DNA of 64,000 nucleotides from an uncultured Anaerolineales bacterium (GTDB lineage Bacteria; Planctomycetota; Phycisphaerae; FEN-1346): NCBI GenBank assembly GCA_964461715.1, contig CAYWVR010000005.1, positions 3,717 to 67,716 of the forward strand, read 5' to 3'. Shown piece by piece: positions 19,480 to 28,212 of this stretch (position 1 is its first letter; each line of letters starts with the position of its first letter). The notes under the pieces were generated by a model. It saw only the letters and a program-made list of their open reading frames with translations, ran no database searches and was not told where the DNA came from. The position numbers and the translations under genes were made by a program.

Positions 19480-21849
19480 GTGACACAGACCGCCCCCGAG
19501 ATCGACCTGAGCTTTGTCGACGAGACCGTCGAGCGTCTCGGCCGCAGCCGAGAGGCCGCCATTCCCATCCTCCAGGCCCTCCAGGAGCATTACCGGTACC
19601 TGCCCGAGGAAGCGATGCGGCGGGTGGCGGAGCGGACGGACCTCACCCCGGCGGCCCTTGCGGGCGTGGCCACGTTCTACGGCCAGTTCCGCCTCCAGCC
19701 CGCCGGCCAGCACATCATCAAGGTCTGCGTCGGCACGGCCTGCCACGTTGCGGGTGCCGAGACCATCGTCCAGGCGTACAAGCGGCACCTCGAGATCCCC
19801 GAGGAGGAGGACACCGACGCCGATCGTCTCTTTACGGTCGAGCGGGTCGCGTGCCTCGGCTGCTGCACCCTGGCCCCGGTTGTTCAGATCGAGGGCGTGA
19901 CCTACGGCCACGTCACCGGCGAGACCGTCGGCGCGACCGTCCGCGACTTCCTCCAGCTCCAGGCCCGGGGCGAATCCGGCCGTCGCGGAAAGCGAAGCGA
20001 CCGGCCTCCCGAGGAGATGGGCGAAATCCGCATCGGCGTTGACTCGGCCGACATCGCGCGCGGCAGCGCGAAGGTCTTCAAGGCCCTCCAAGAGGTCGTC
20101 GATGAGATCGACGCCCCGGCCCGCGTCAAGACGGTCGGCTCGATGGGCATGGCCTACCTGACGCCCGTCGTCGAGGTCGTCATGCCCGGGGAGGAGACGG
20201 GCACCCTCTACGCGGGGGTCCAGGCCGACGACGCCCGCGACATCGTCCTGCGGCATTTTCAGCCAGGGAAGCTCTCCTCGCGCGTCTGCCACGCCGCCTC
20301 CCGGGCCCTCGACCGCCTTCTCACCGACGAGGCATGGGAGCCGGTGGAACGGTTCGCCTTCAACGTCCGCGACCCGCAGGTCGCCCCGTTCGACGGACCT
20401 CAGAAACGCGTCGTCACGGAGCATTCCGGCCGCCTCGACCCCACCGACCTCGGCGAGTACCGCGCGTTTGAGGGGTTCCGGGCCTTCGAGCACTGCCTCC
20501 GCGACTGGAGCCCCGAGCGGGTTATCGACGAGGTCGCGGCCTCCGGCCTGCGCGGGCGGGGCGGGGGAGGGTACCCCTCCGGCAGAAAGTGGCACGCGGT
20601 CCGCGACGCGGACGGGTCCGACAAGAAGTACATCGTCTGCAACGGCGACGAGGGGGACCCCGGGGCCTTTATGGACCGGATGCTCCTGGAGTGCTACCCG
20701 TACCGAGTGATCGAGGGTATGGCCATCGCCGCCTACGCCATCGGGGCCGACGAGGGCTACTTTTACATCCGCAGCGAGTATCCCCTGGCCATCAAGCGGG
20801 TCCAGGAGGCGATCGACGCGTGCGAGCGGGAGGGGCTCCTGGGCGAGGGCATCCTCGACACCCGCTTCAGCGTGAAGCTCCGCATCATGGTCGGGGCCGG
20901 GGCCTTTGTGTGCGGCGAGGAAACGGCTCTGCTGGCATCCATCGAGGGCCACCGCGGCATGCCTCGTTTCCGTCCGCCCTATCCGGCCGAGCACGGCCTC
21001 TGGGGCAAGCCCACCCTCGTCAACAATGCCGAGACCTTCGCCACAATCCCATGGGTCTTCCGGAACGGGGCGGCGGCCTTCGCCGGCCTCGGCACCGAGC
21101 GGAGCAAGGGCTCGAAGGTCTTCGCCCTGGCCGGGAAGATTGAGCGGGGCGGCCTGATCGAGGTCCCCATGGGCATCACCATCGGCCAGATCGTCGAGGA
21201 GATCGGCGGCGGGATTCCCGACGGCCATGCCTTCAAGGCCGTCCAAGTGGGCGGGCCGAGCGGCGGGTGCATCCCCGCAAGCCTCGCCGACACGCCTATT
21301 GATTACGAGGCCCTCAAGGAGCTCGGGGCCATGATGGGCTCGGGCGGCATGGTCGTCCTCGACGACACCGACTGCATGGTCGAGATCGCCCGCTACTTCC
21401 TCGAATTCACCCAGGACGAGTCCTGCGGCAAGTGCACCTTCTGCCGCGTCGGCACACGACGCATGCTCGAGGTGCTGACGGGTCTCTGCGAGGGGCGCGG
21501 CAAGAAGGGCGACATCGAGGAACTCGAGCACTTGGCCCGCGTCATCTCGGCCGGGAGCCTGTGTGGGCTCGGCAAGACCGCCCCCAACCCGGTCCTGACG
21601 ACGCTCCGCTACTTCCGCGACGAGTACGAGGCCCACATCCAGGGCCGCTGCCCCGCCGCCATGTGCAAGCCGTTGATCCACTTCACCATCACCGACGACT
21701 GCATCGGCTGCACGCGGTGCGCCCAGCGATGCCCCGCCGACGCCATCGAGCCTCGGCCCTATGAGCTGCACGAGATCGACGACGAGAAGTGCGTCCGCTG
21801 CTACACGTGCCGGAACGTGTGCCCGGTGGACGCCGTCCACGTGGAGTAG
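19480..21849 (+). CDS. NuoE-NuoF fusion: NADH dehydrogenase (diaphorase) flavoprotein with N-terminal 2Fe-2S thioredoxin-like domain and C-terminal 2x[4Fe-4S]
   Basis: NuoE-like CVGTACH...CLGCC. NuoF-like NADH/FMN block GRGGGGYPSGRKW. 4Fe-4S block ESCGKCTFCRVG. C-terminal CIGCTRCAQRCP and CVRCYTCRNVCP. GTG start 2 nt after the upstream stop. Confidence 0.85.
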   Translation: MTQTAPEIDLSFVDETVERLGRSREAAIPILQALQEHYRYLPEEAMRRVAERTDLTPAALAGVATFYGQFRLQPAGQHIIKVCVGTACHVAGAETIVQAYKRHLEIPEEEDTDADRLFTVERVACLGCCTLAPVVQIEGVTYGHVTGETVGATVRDFLQLQARGESGRRGKRSDRPPEEMGEIRIGVDSADIARGSAKVFKALQEVVDEIDAPARVKTVGSMGMAYLTPVVEVVMPGEETGTLYAGVQADDARDIVLRHFQPGKLSSRVCHAASRALDRLLTDEAWEPVERFAFNVRDPQVAPFDGPQKRVVTEHSGRLDPTDLGEYRAFEGFRAFEHCLRDWSPERVIDEVAASGLRGRGGGGYPSGRKWHAVRDADGSDKKYIVCNGDEGDPGAFMDRMLLECYPYRVIEGMAIAAYAIGADEGYFYIRSEYPLAIKRVQEAIDACEREGLLGEGILDTRFSVKLRIMVGAGAFVCGEETALLASIEGHRGMPRFRPPYPAEHGLWGKPTLVNNAETFATIPWVFRNGAAAFAGLGTERSKGSKVFALAGKIERGGLIEVPMGITIGQIVEEIGGGIPDGHAFKAVQVGGPSGGCIPASLADTPIDYEALKELGAMMGSGGMVVLDDTDCMVEIARYFLEFTQDESCGKCTFCRVGTRRMLEVLTGLCEGRGKKGDIEELEHLARVISAGSLCGLGKTAPNPVLTTLRYFRDEYEAHIQGRCPAAMCKPLIHFTITDDCIGCTRCAQRCPADAIEPRPYELHEIDDEKCVRCYTCRNVCPVDAVHVE

Positions 21850-21859
21850 TCCCGCCCGC

Positions 21860-23401
21860 ATGCCCACGCTCACCATCGACGGCCGGGAGATCGAAGTCGA
21901 CGAGGGCGCCACCCTTCTGGATGCCGCCCGCCGGCTCGGCCTCGTCATTCCGACGCTCTGTCACCGCGACGGCCACCCGCCGCTGACGTCCTGCATGGTG
22001 TGCCTGGTGAAGGCCCGGAACCCCGACCGGATGCTCCCGGCGTGCACCGCCCGGGCCGAGGACGGCATGGTCGTCGAAAGCGAGACGGTCGCGGTGCGGG
22101 ACGCGCGGCGGACGGCGCTGGAACTGCTCCTCGGGGACCACCTGGGCGATTGCGAGGCCCCCTGCCAGGCGATCTGCCCGGCGGGGCTGGCCATCCCGCG
22201 CATGACGCGCCGGCTCCGCGACGGGGCGTGGGACCAGGCCGCGGCCATCGTTCGGACGGACCTGGTGCTCCCCGCGACGCTGGGGCGCATCTGCCCGGCC
22301 CCGTGCGAACGGGGGTGCCGGCGCGGGTCGAAGGATGCCGCCGTCTCCATCCGGGCCCTCCACCGCGCGGCCGCCGACCGGGACGCCGGCGTTTACGTGC
22401 CGCCCGCCGAGGCCGAGAGCGGCCGCCGCGTCGCCGTGGTCGGGGCGGGGCCCGCGGGGCTGGCTGCGGCGTACCATCTTCTGATGCGCGGCCATGGGGT
22501 CATGCTCATCGATGCCCACGAGGAGGCGGGCGGCAAGCTGCGGACCGACATTGAGGAGGACCTGCTCCCGCGCGACGTGCTCGACGCCGAGATCGATGTC
22601 CTGGCGAAGCTCGGGGCCGAGCTCCGCCTCGGCGAGACGGTCGAGACGCTCGGGGACCTGCGCGGCGAGTTCGACGCCGTCGTCGTGGCCACCGGCGAGG
22701 GCGGCCCGGACTTCGGCCTCGAGACCACCAAATCCGGCCTCCAGGTGGACCGCGCGACCGGTGCGACGAGCGCCGAGGGCATCTTCGCCGCGGGCGGGGC
22801 CGTCCGGAAGAGCCGCATGGCCGTCCGCAGCGTTGGTGAGGGCAAGCGGGCCGCGGCGAGCGTCGACCAGTTCCTCTCCGGCGATGCCGTCGAAGGGCCG
22901 ACCTCGCGCCTTTCCGTCCACATCGGCCAGGTCAGCGACGAGGAGATGGCCGTTTTCATGAACGAGGGGGCGAACGTCCCGCGCGTCGAGCCGTCGGGCG
23001 GCGAGGCGGCGGGCCTCTCGCCCGAGGAGGCGACCCGTGAGGCTGGGCGGTGCCTCCACTGCGATTGCCGCAAGGCCGAGTCTTGTCGCCTCCGCGACTG
23101 GGGCGACGCCTGCGGGGCCAAGCCGACCCGCTACAAGCACGACGAGCGTCGCGTGTTCCGGCAGAACGTGGGAGGCGAGATCGTCTACGAGCCGGGCAAG
23201 TGCATTGCATGCGGCATTTGCATCCAGATCGCGGAGGAAGCCCGCGAACGGCTCGGCCTGGCGTTCATCGGGCGGGGCTTCGACGTCCGCGTGGGCGTGC
23301 CCTTCGGCGAATCGATCGCCGAGGGCCTTCGCGAGACCGGAGGCGCGTGTGTGGCGGCATGTCCGACCGGGGCCCTGGCCCGGATCGACCAGGACGAGTG
23401 A
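21860..23401 (+). CDS. 2Fe-2S ferredoxin domain (NuoG N-terminal-like) fused to GltD-like FAD/NAD(P)H oxidoreductase with extra C-terminal Fe-S motifs
   Basis: N-terminal MPTLTIDGREIEV...TLCH...SCMVCLV, like NuoG/HoxU. GltD-type CPAPCERGC followed by Rossmann GxGxxG (VAVVGAGPAGLAAA). C-terminal CLHCDC and CIACGIC clusters. Start ATG 21860; the upstream extension is a junk overlap. Confidence 0.8.
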   Translation: MPTLTIDGREIEVDEGATLLDAARRLGLVIPTLCHRDGHPPLTSCMVCLVKARNPDRMLPACTARAEDGMVVESETVAVRDARRTALELLLGDHLGDCEAPCQAICPAGLAIPRMTRRLRDGAWDQAAAIVRTDLVLPATLGRICPAPCERGCRRGSKDAAVSIRALHRAAADRDAGVYVPPAEAESGRRVAVVGAGPAGLAAAYHLLMRGHGVMLIDAHEEAGGKLRTDIEEDLLPRDVLDAEIDVLAKLGAELRLGETVETLGDLRGEFDAVVVATGEGGPDFGLETTKSGLQVDRATGATSAEGIFAAGGAVRKSRMAVRSVGEGKRAAASVDQFLSGDAVEGPTSRLSVHIGQVSDEEMAVFMNEGANVPRVEPSGGEAAGLSPEEATREAGRCLHCDCRKAESCRLRDWGDACGAKPTRYKHDERRVFRQNVGGEIVYEPGKCIACGICIQIAEEARERLGLAFIGRGFDVRVGVPFGESIAEGLRETGGACVAACPTGALARIDQDE

Positions 23402-23462
23402 AGATCGCCCACGCCTCCGGCCGAACCATAGGACGAACCGCGCGGCCCGGCCGCGCCCCGTG

Positions 23463-25715
23463 ATGGGGGCTGCATTGACGACGACGCCCGCGAAGCGCAG
23501 CCGGGCCCGGACGTGGTTCTTCCGTCTGGCGGCGATGACGCTCGTGCCGGCGGTCCTGCTGGTGGCCGTTGAGGGCGTCCTGCGGGTCGCCGGGTTCGGG
23601 TATCCCACCGACTACTTCGTTCGCGTCAGGGGCCGGGAGGCATGGACGAGCAACATGCACTTCGCGCGGCGGTTCATGCCGCCGGGCCTGGCGCGCGAGC
23701 CCACGCCGGTCGACGTGGCTGAGGAGAAACCGCCGGGAACGGTGCGCGTTGTGGTCCTCGGCGGGTCGGCCGCCCAGGGTACGCCGGAGGAGCGTTTCGC
23801 CTTAGGGCCGATCCTGGAGGTGATGCTGCGGGAAGCCTGTCCGGACCGGCGGATCGAGGTCGTGCCCACGGCGATGGTGGCCGTCAACTCGCACGTGGTG
23901 CTTCCCATCGCCCGGGACGCGATGAAGCTCGATCCGGACGTGCTCGTCGTCTATCTCGGCAACAACGAGGTGGTGGGGCCGTACGGGGCGGGAAGCGTCC
24001 TGGCGGGGTACTCGCCGAGCCTGGGGGCCATCCGGGCAAGCATCGCGGTCAAGTCGACTCGCACCGGGCAGGCCGTCTCGCGGCTCCTGACGGCCCTGGC
24101 CCCGGAGGAGACGGGCTTTGCCGAGTGGCGCGGGATGCAGATGTTCCTCGAGAACCGGGTGCCGCGCCATGACGAGCGCCTCGCGAACGTCTACGACCAC
24201 TTTCGTGCCAACCTCGAGGACGTGGCGGCCTTGGCGGAGGACGGCCCGGCCGTGGTCCTCTGCACGGTGGCGGTGAACCTGAAGGACTGCCCTCCGTTCG
24301 CGTCGGTGCATCGTCCGGACCTCTCGGCGGAGGCCCTCGCCCGGTGGGCGGCGCTCTACCCGAAGGCGGACGCCGAAGCGCCGCTCGAAACGCTGGAGGC
24401 GGCCGCCGAGATCGACCACCAGTATGCCGAGCTGCAGTTCCGACTGGGACGGGCGTATCTGGCCCGGCAAGAGACGGCCAAGGCCCGCGAGCACTTTGAG
24501 CGGGCTCGGGACCTCGATGCTCTCCGTTTCCGGGCCGATTCGCAGATCAATGCCGTTATCCGAGCGGTGGCGGGACAGGGGGGGAAGGTCCACCTGGTGG
24601 ACGTCGAGCGGGCCTTCGCCGGCCCGAATGTCTCTTCGAGCGGCATCCCGGGCGCGGAGTACTTCTGGGAGCACGTGCACCTTCGGTTCGAGGGGAACTG
24701 GCTCGTCGCGCGGGAGGTTTTCCGGGTGGTCCAGGCGATCGTGCCGGACGCCGACGCGGGGCCGGCTCTCCCGGCGGAGGCTTGCGCCCGGGCGCTGGGC
24801 ATGACGGCCCGCGACCGCTACACCATGGCCCACGAGATGATGGGCATGATCTCGAAGGCCCCCTTCACGGCCCAATTGGGCTACGATCGGCTCCGCGAGG
24901 GCCTGAAGACGGAGGTCGACCGGTGGGCCGCCGCCGTGGCCGCGGGGTTCGAGGGGACCGAGGTCCAGTACCGTGCGACGGCAGCGCGGCGGCCGAACGA
25001 TTTCCTGCTGGGCATGAACCTGGCCCAACTCCTGGTGCACGCAGAGAAGTACGAGGAGGCCGTCCGGTACCATGAGACGCTGCTCGCGCGGTTGCCGGAC
25101 TACTATCCGTGCCGCCTGACGTACGGGGTGGCCCTGATGGGGGCGGGGCGCGAGGAGGAGGCCGCCGAGGCGTTCCAGCGGACGCTGGAAGTCGCGCCCA
25201 CTCCCGTGGAGGCCTGCCGCACCGTCGGCCGGTTCCTGACCCGGCAGGAACGCTACGAGGAGGCCGTGACCTGGTATCGGCGGGGGCTCGAGTACGAGCC
25301 GGATCACGCGCCGACGCTCGATGTCCTCGGGCAGGCGCTGCTCAAGCTTGATCGCCCGGAGGAGGCGATTCCGGTCCTGGAGAAGGCCGTGAAAGCCATG
25401 CCCGAGGCGGCGCCGCCGCGCTACCACCTGGCCATGGCTCTGGTCGAGGCCGGGCGACATGAGGAGGCCGTCGAGTGTTTCGAGGAGGCCGTCGAGCGCG
25501 CCCCGCGCTGGGGCAAGCTTCGCTACCACTACGGCCTGTTCCTGCACGCGACGGGCCGGCGGGTCCAGAGCCTGGAGCACCTGGCGCAGGCCGTCGCCCT
25601 GGAGCCGCGGAAGAGGGCATGGCAGGTCGTCTACGCCCGAGCCCTCGAAGCGGCGGGACGAACCGAGGAGGCGGCAGCGGTCAGGCGGCGGATCGTCGAG
25701 CGCGGCCTAGAATAG
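23463..25715 (+). CDS. Membrane-anchored SGNH-hydrolase-like domain fused to TPR repeats
   Basis: N-terminal TM helix. Then VRVVVLGGSAAQG (GDS-like block I with Ser), LGNNE (block III) and WEHVHL (DxxH-like block V). C-terminal roughly 300 aa of TPR-like helical repeats (YEEAV...YRRGLEYEP, HEEAVECFEEAVERAP). Confidence 0.65.
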   Translation: MGAALTTTPAKRSRARTWFFRLAAMTLVPAVLLVAVEGVLRVAGFGYPTDYFVRVRGREAWTSNMHFARRFMPPGLAREPTPVDVAEEKPPGTVRVVVLGGSAAQGTPEERFALGPILEVMLREACPDRRIEVVPTAMVAVNSHVVLPIARDAMKLDPDVLVVYLGNNEVVGPYGAGSVLAGYSPSLGAIRASIAVKSTRTGQAVSRLLTALAPEETGFAEWRGMQMFLENRVPRHDERLANVYDHFRANLEDVAALAEDGPAVVLCTVAVNLKDCPPFASVHRPDLSAEALARWAALYPKADAEAPLETLEAAAEIDHQYAELQFRLGRAYLARQETAKAREHFERARDLDALRFRADSQINAVIRAVAGQGGKVHLVDVERAFAGPNVSSSGIPGAEYFWEHVHLRFEGNWLVAREVFRVVQAIVPDADAGPALPAEACARALGMTARDRYTMAHEMMGMISKAPFTAQLGYDRLREGLKTEVDRWAAAVAAGFEGTEVQYRATAARRPNDFLLGMNLAQLLVHAEKYEEAVRYHETLLARLPDYYPCRLTYGVALMGAGREEEAAEAFQRTLEVAPTPVEACRTVGRFLTRQERYEEAVTWYRRGLEYEPDHAPTLDVLGQALLKLDRPEEAIPVLEKAVKAMPEAAPPRYHLAMALVEAGRHEEAVECFEEAVERAPRWGKLRYHYGLFLHATGRRVQSLEHLAQAVALEPRKRAWQVVYARALEAAGRTEEAAAVRRRIVERGLE

Positions 25716-25907
25716 GGTGTAGATCCACGGCAGGGCCGTCCCCCCGAGGACCACGAGGAAGCTGATCGCCAGCAGCACCAGGACGATCGGCAGCAGCCAC
25801 CATTTCTTGTTGTGGGCCAGGAAGCCGAGGAACTCGCACAGGATGCCCCGGCGGGCAGCCCCCGCGTGGTCCTCGAACCGCTCGCCGCCGTTGCCCTCGT
25901 GGGCCAT
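25707..25907 (-). CDS. DUF5989-family small membrane protein (66 aa)
   Basis: Single TM with KKWWLLPIVLVLLAISFLVVLGGTALPWIYTLF, a highly characteristic DUF5989 C-terminus. Lies immediately downstream of the SxtJ-like gene. Confidence 0.6.
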   Translation of the reverse strand: MAHEGNGGERFEDHAGAARRGILCEFLGFLAHNKKWWLLPIVLVLLAISFLVVLGGTALPWIYTLF

Positions 25908-25921
25908 GGGCGTGTCCTCGA

Positions 25922-26368
25922 TCAGTACTGCCGGAAGTAGCGTTTCACGTCGCGGGTCGGCTCGCGGCGGACCCAGTAGGTGTCGGCGTCCGTGTCGAAG
26001 CCCCGAGCCAGGGGATTGCGGCTCATCAGCCGCATCACCAGGCCCACCGGCGTCAGGATGCCGAAGAAGACGATTGCCAGCAGGACGTGGCTGACCACGA
26101 ACCCGATGGGCCACGCGACGACGCTGATCCCGAGGTAGAGGGGCCTGAGGAGCCGCGGGGTCATCGCCCCCAGCAACCCGCACACCCCCGCCAGCATCCC
26201 CAGGGCCGCGCCCGCCACCGGCGCGGCCGTCGGTCCGAGGTCGAATCCCAGGAAGGAGTGGCGGAGCCACACCCACACGGCGATCCCGCCCAGGAGCACC
26301 AGCGACCCGAGGCCGAAGGTCCGGAGCTGCCTGTGGTCGGGGTTCCAGTTGATGGGGGCCAGGGCCAT
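25922..26368 (-). CDS. SxtJ-family membrane protein
   Basis: About 149 aa, 3-4 TM. RQLRTFGL...GILTPVGLVMRL...NPL pattern matching SxtJ-like proteins. Start 2 nt downstream of the carbamoyltransferase stop. Confidence 0.65.
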   Translation of the reverse strand: MALAPINWNPDHRQLRTFGLGSLVLLGGIAVWVWLRHSFLGFDLGPTAAPVAGAALGMLAGVCGLLGAMTPRLLRPLYLGISVVAWPIGFVVSHVLLAIVFFGILTPVGLVMRLMSRNPLARGFDTDADTYWVRREPTRDVKRYFRQY

Positions 26369-26370
26369 GG

Positions 26371-28212
26371 CTAGTCCAGTTCGAATCGGGCGAGGTAGTC
26401 GTCGATCTCGTGGGCCTTGGCTTCGGGCTGCTCCTCCTTGAGAAGCAGGCAATCCTCGAGCACCAGGGCGTCCATGTTCGTCGCCATGAAGCAGCGATAC
26501 GCGTCCTCCGGCGAGCAGACGATCGGCTCGCCGCGCACGTTGAAGCTCGTGTTGATGACCACGGGGCACCCCGTCCGCTCATGAAACCGTGCGAGCAGAC
26601 GATAGTACCGCCCGTGACGCCGGGGGTCCACGGTCTGGACGCGGGCCGAATCGTCGACGTGGGTGACGGCGGGAATCTCCGACCGGACGGCCTTCAGGAG
26701 CCGGTCGATGCCGGAGAGGCCTTGACTCTCGCCTTCGACGTTGCGGCGGCGGTCCGCGCGGACGTCGGCGACGAGGAGCATGTAGGGGCTGTCCTGGCCG
26801 GGGTCCATCTCGAACCACTCGTGGACGTGCTGGCGGAGGACGCTCGGGGCGAACGGCCGGAACGATTCACGGAACTTGATCTTGCGGTTCATCAGCGACT
26901 GCATCGTGGGGCTGCGGGCGTCGCCGAGGATCGAGCGACTCCCCAGGGCCCGCGGCCCGAACTCCATCCGCCCCTGGAAGAAGCCCACCACGCGGCCTGT
27001 GTCGATGAGCTCGGCGACACGCTCAAGCAGCGCCTCCTCGCCGTCGTAGCGGCGCCAGATGGCCCCCACGGCTTCGAGGAACCGGACCACCTGGACGTGC
27101 CCGTAGCCCGGACCGAGGAACGAACCCGCCTGGATGTCGTGGACGCCGTCGACCTGGCGCGGGCGGCCGAGGAGCTGGTGCCAGACGAAAAGGGCCGCCC
27201 CCGGGGCCCCGCCGGCGTCGCCGGAGGCGGGCTGGATCCAAATCTCGTCGAACGGTCCCTCTCGGAGGATCCGCCCGTTGGCGACGCAGTTCAGGGCCAC
27301 GCCCCCCGCCAGACAGAGGTTCCGCTGGCCCGTCGCCTCGGCGACGTGACGCGTGATCCGCAGCATGACCTCCTCGGTCACCGCCTGAACCGAGGCCGCC
27401 AAGTCCATCTCCCGCTGGGTGAGAGGACTCTCGGGGCGGCGCGGCGGCCCGCCGAAGAGGGCCGCGAACTTCGGGCCCGTCATCGTCAGGCCCTGGCAAT
27501 AGTTGAAGTAATCCATGTCGAGGCGGAACGACCCGTCCGCCTTCAGGTCCATGAGCTTCTCGAGGATGATGTCCTTGTAGACGGGCGTCCCGTACGGCGC
27601 CAGGCCCATGAGCTTGTACTCGCCGGAGTTGACCTTGAAGCCGCTGAAGTACGTGAAGGCGGAGTAGAGGAGGCCGAGGCTGTGGGGGAACCGCAGCTCG
27701 TCCGTCAGCTCGACCCGGTTCCCGCGCCCGGTGCCGAAGCTGGCGGTGGCCCATTCGCCGACGCCGTCGATCGTCAGGATCGCCGCCTCCTCGAAGGGCG
27801 ACGGGAAGAAGGCGCTGGCCGCATGGGACTCGTGGTGCTCCGTGAAGATGTAGGGGCCGCGGTAGCGGTACCCGAGGCCGCGGTCCATCTCGCGCGGAAG
27901 ATGGAGCTTCTGCCGGAGCCAGAGGGGCATGGCCTTCAGGAAGGAGCGGAAGCCCCGCGGGGCGTAGGCGAGGTACGTTTCGAGGAGCCGGTCGAACTTC
28001 AGGAGCGGCTTATCGTAGAAGGCGACGTAATCGAGATCCCCCGCCGCCAGATCGGCCTCCCCCAGGCAGTACTCGATAGCCCGGGTGGGGAAGCGGAAAT
28101 CGTGCTTCCGGCGCGTGAACCGCTCCTCTTGGGCGGCCGCGACGATCCGCCCGTCCGAGAGCAGGGCCGCCGCGCTGTCGTGATAGAACGCCGAAAGCCC
28201 GAGAATATTCAT
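26371..28212 (-). CDS. Carbamoyltransferase (NodU/CmcH family)
   Basis: N-terminal MNILGLSAFYHDSAAALL...AAQEERFTR, YFP-like kinase-fold blocks and C-terminal YrdC-like blocks characteristic of O-carbamoyltransferases. Confidence 0.9.
   Translation of the reverse strand: MNILGLSAFYHDSAAALLSDGRIVAAAQEERFTRRKHDFRFPTRAIEYCLGEADLAAGDLDYVAFYDKPLLKFDRLLETYLAYAPRGFRSFLKAMPLWLRQKLHLPREMDRGLGYRYRGPYIFTEHHESHAASAFFPSPFEEAAILTIDGVGEWATASFGTGRGNRVELTDELRFPHSLGLLYSAFTYFSGFKVNSGEYKLMGLAPYGTPVYKDIILEKLMDLKADGSFRLDMDYFNYCQGLTMTGPKFAALFGGPPRRPESPLTQREMDLAASVQAVTEEVMLRITRHVAEATGQRNLCLAGGVALNCVANGRILREGPFDEIWIQPASGDAGGAPGAALFVWHQLLGRPRQVDGVHDIQAGSFLGPGYGHVQVVRFLEAVGAIWRRYDGEEALLERVAELIDTGRVVGFFQGRMEFGPRALGSRSILGDARSPTMQSLMNRKIKFRESFRPFAPSVLRQHVHEWFEMDPGQDSPYMLLVADVRADRRRNVEGESQGLSGIDRLLKAVRSEIPAVTHVDDSARVQTVDPRRHGRYYRLLARFHERTGCPVVINTSFNVRGEPIVCSPEDAYRCFMATNMDALVLEDCLLLKEEQPEAKAHEIDDYLARFELD

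Noticed and set aside
16236..21948. Long minus-strand ORFs (16236-19568, 19312-21948) antisense to the NapH-like, propeller and NuoEF genes
   Set aside because: Compositionally biased and motif-free, and they overlap confidently called genes. Treated as non-coding.
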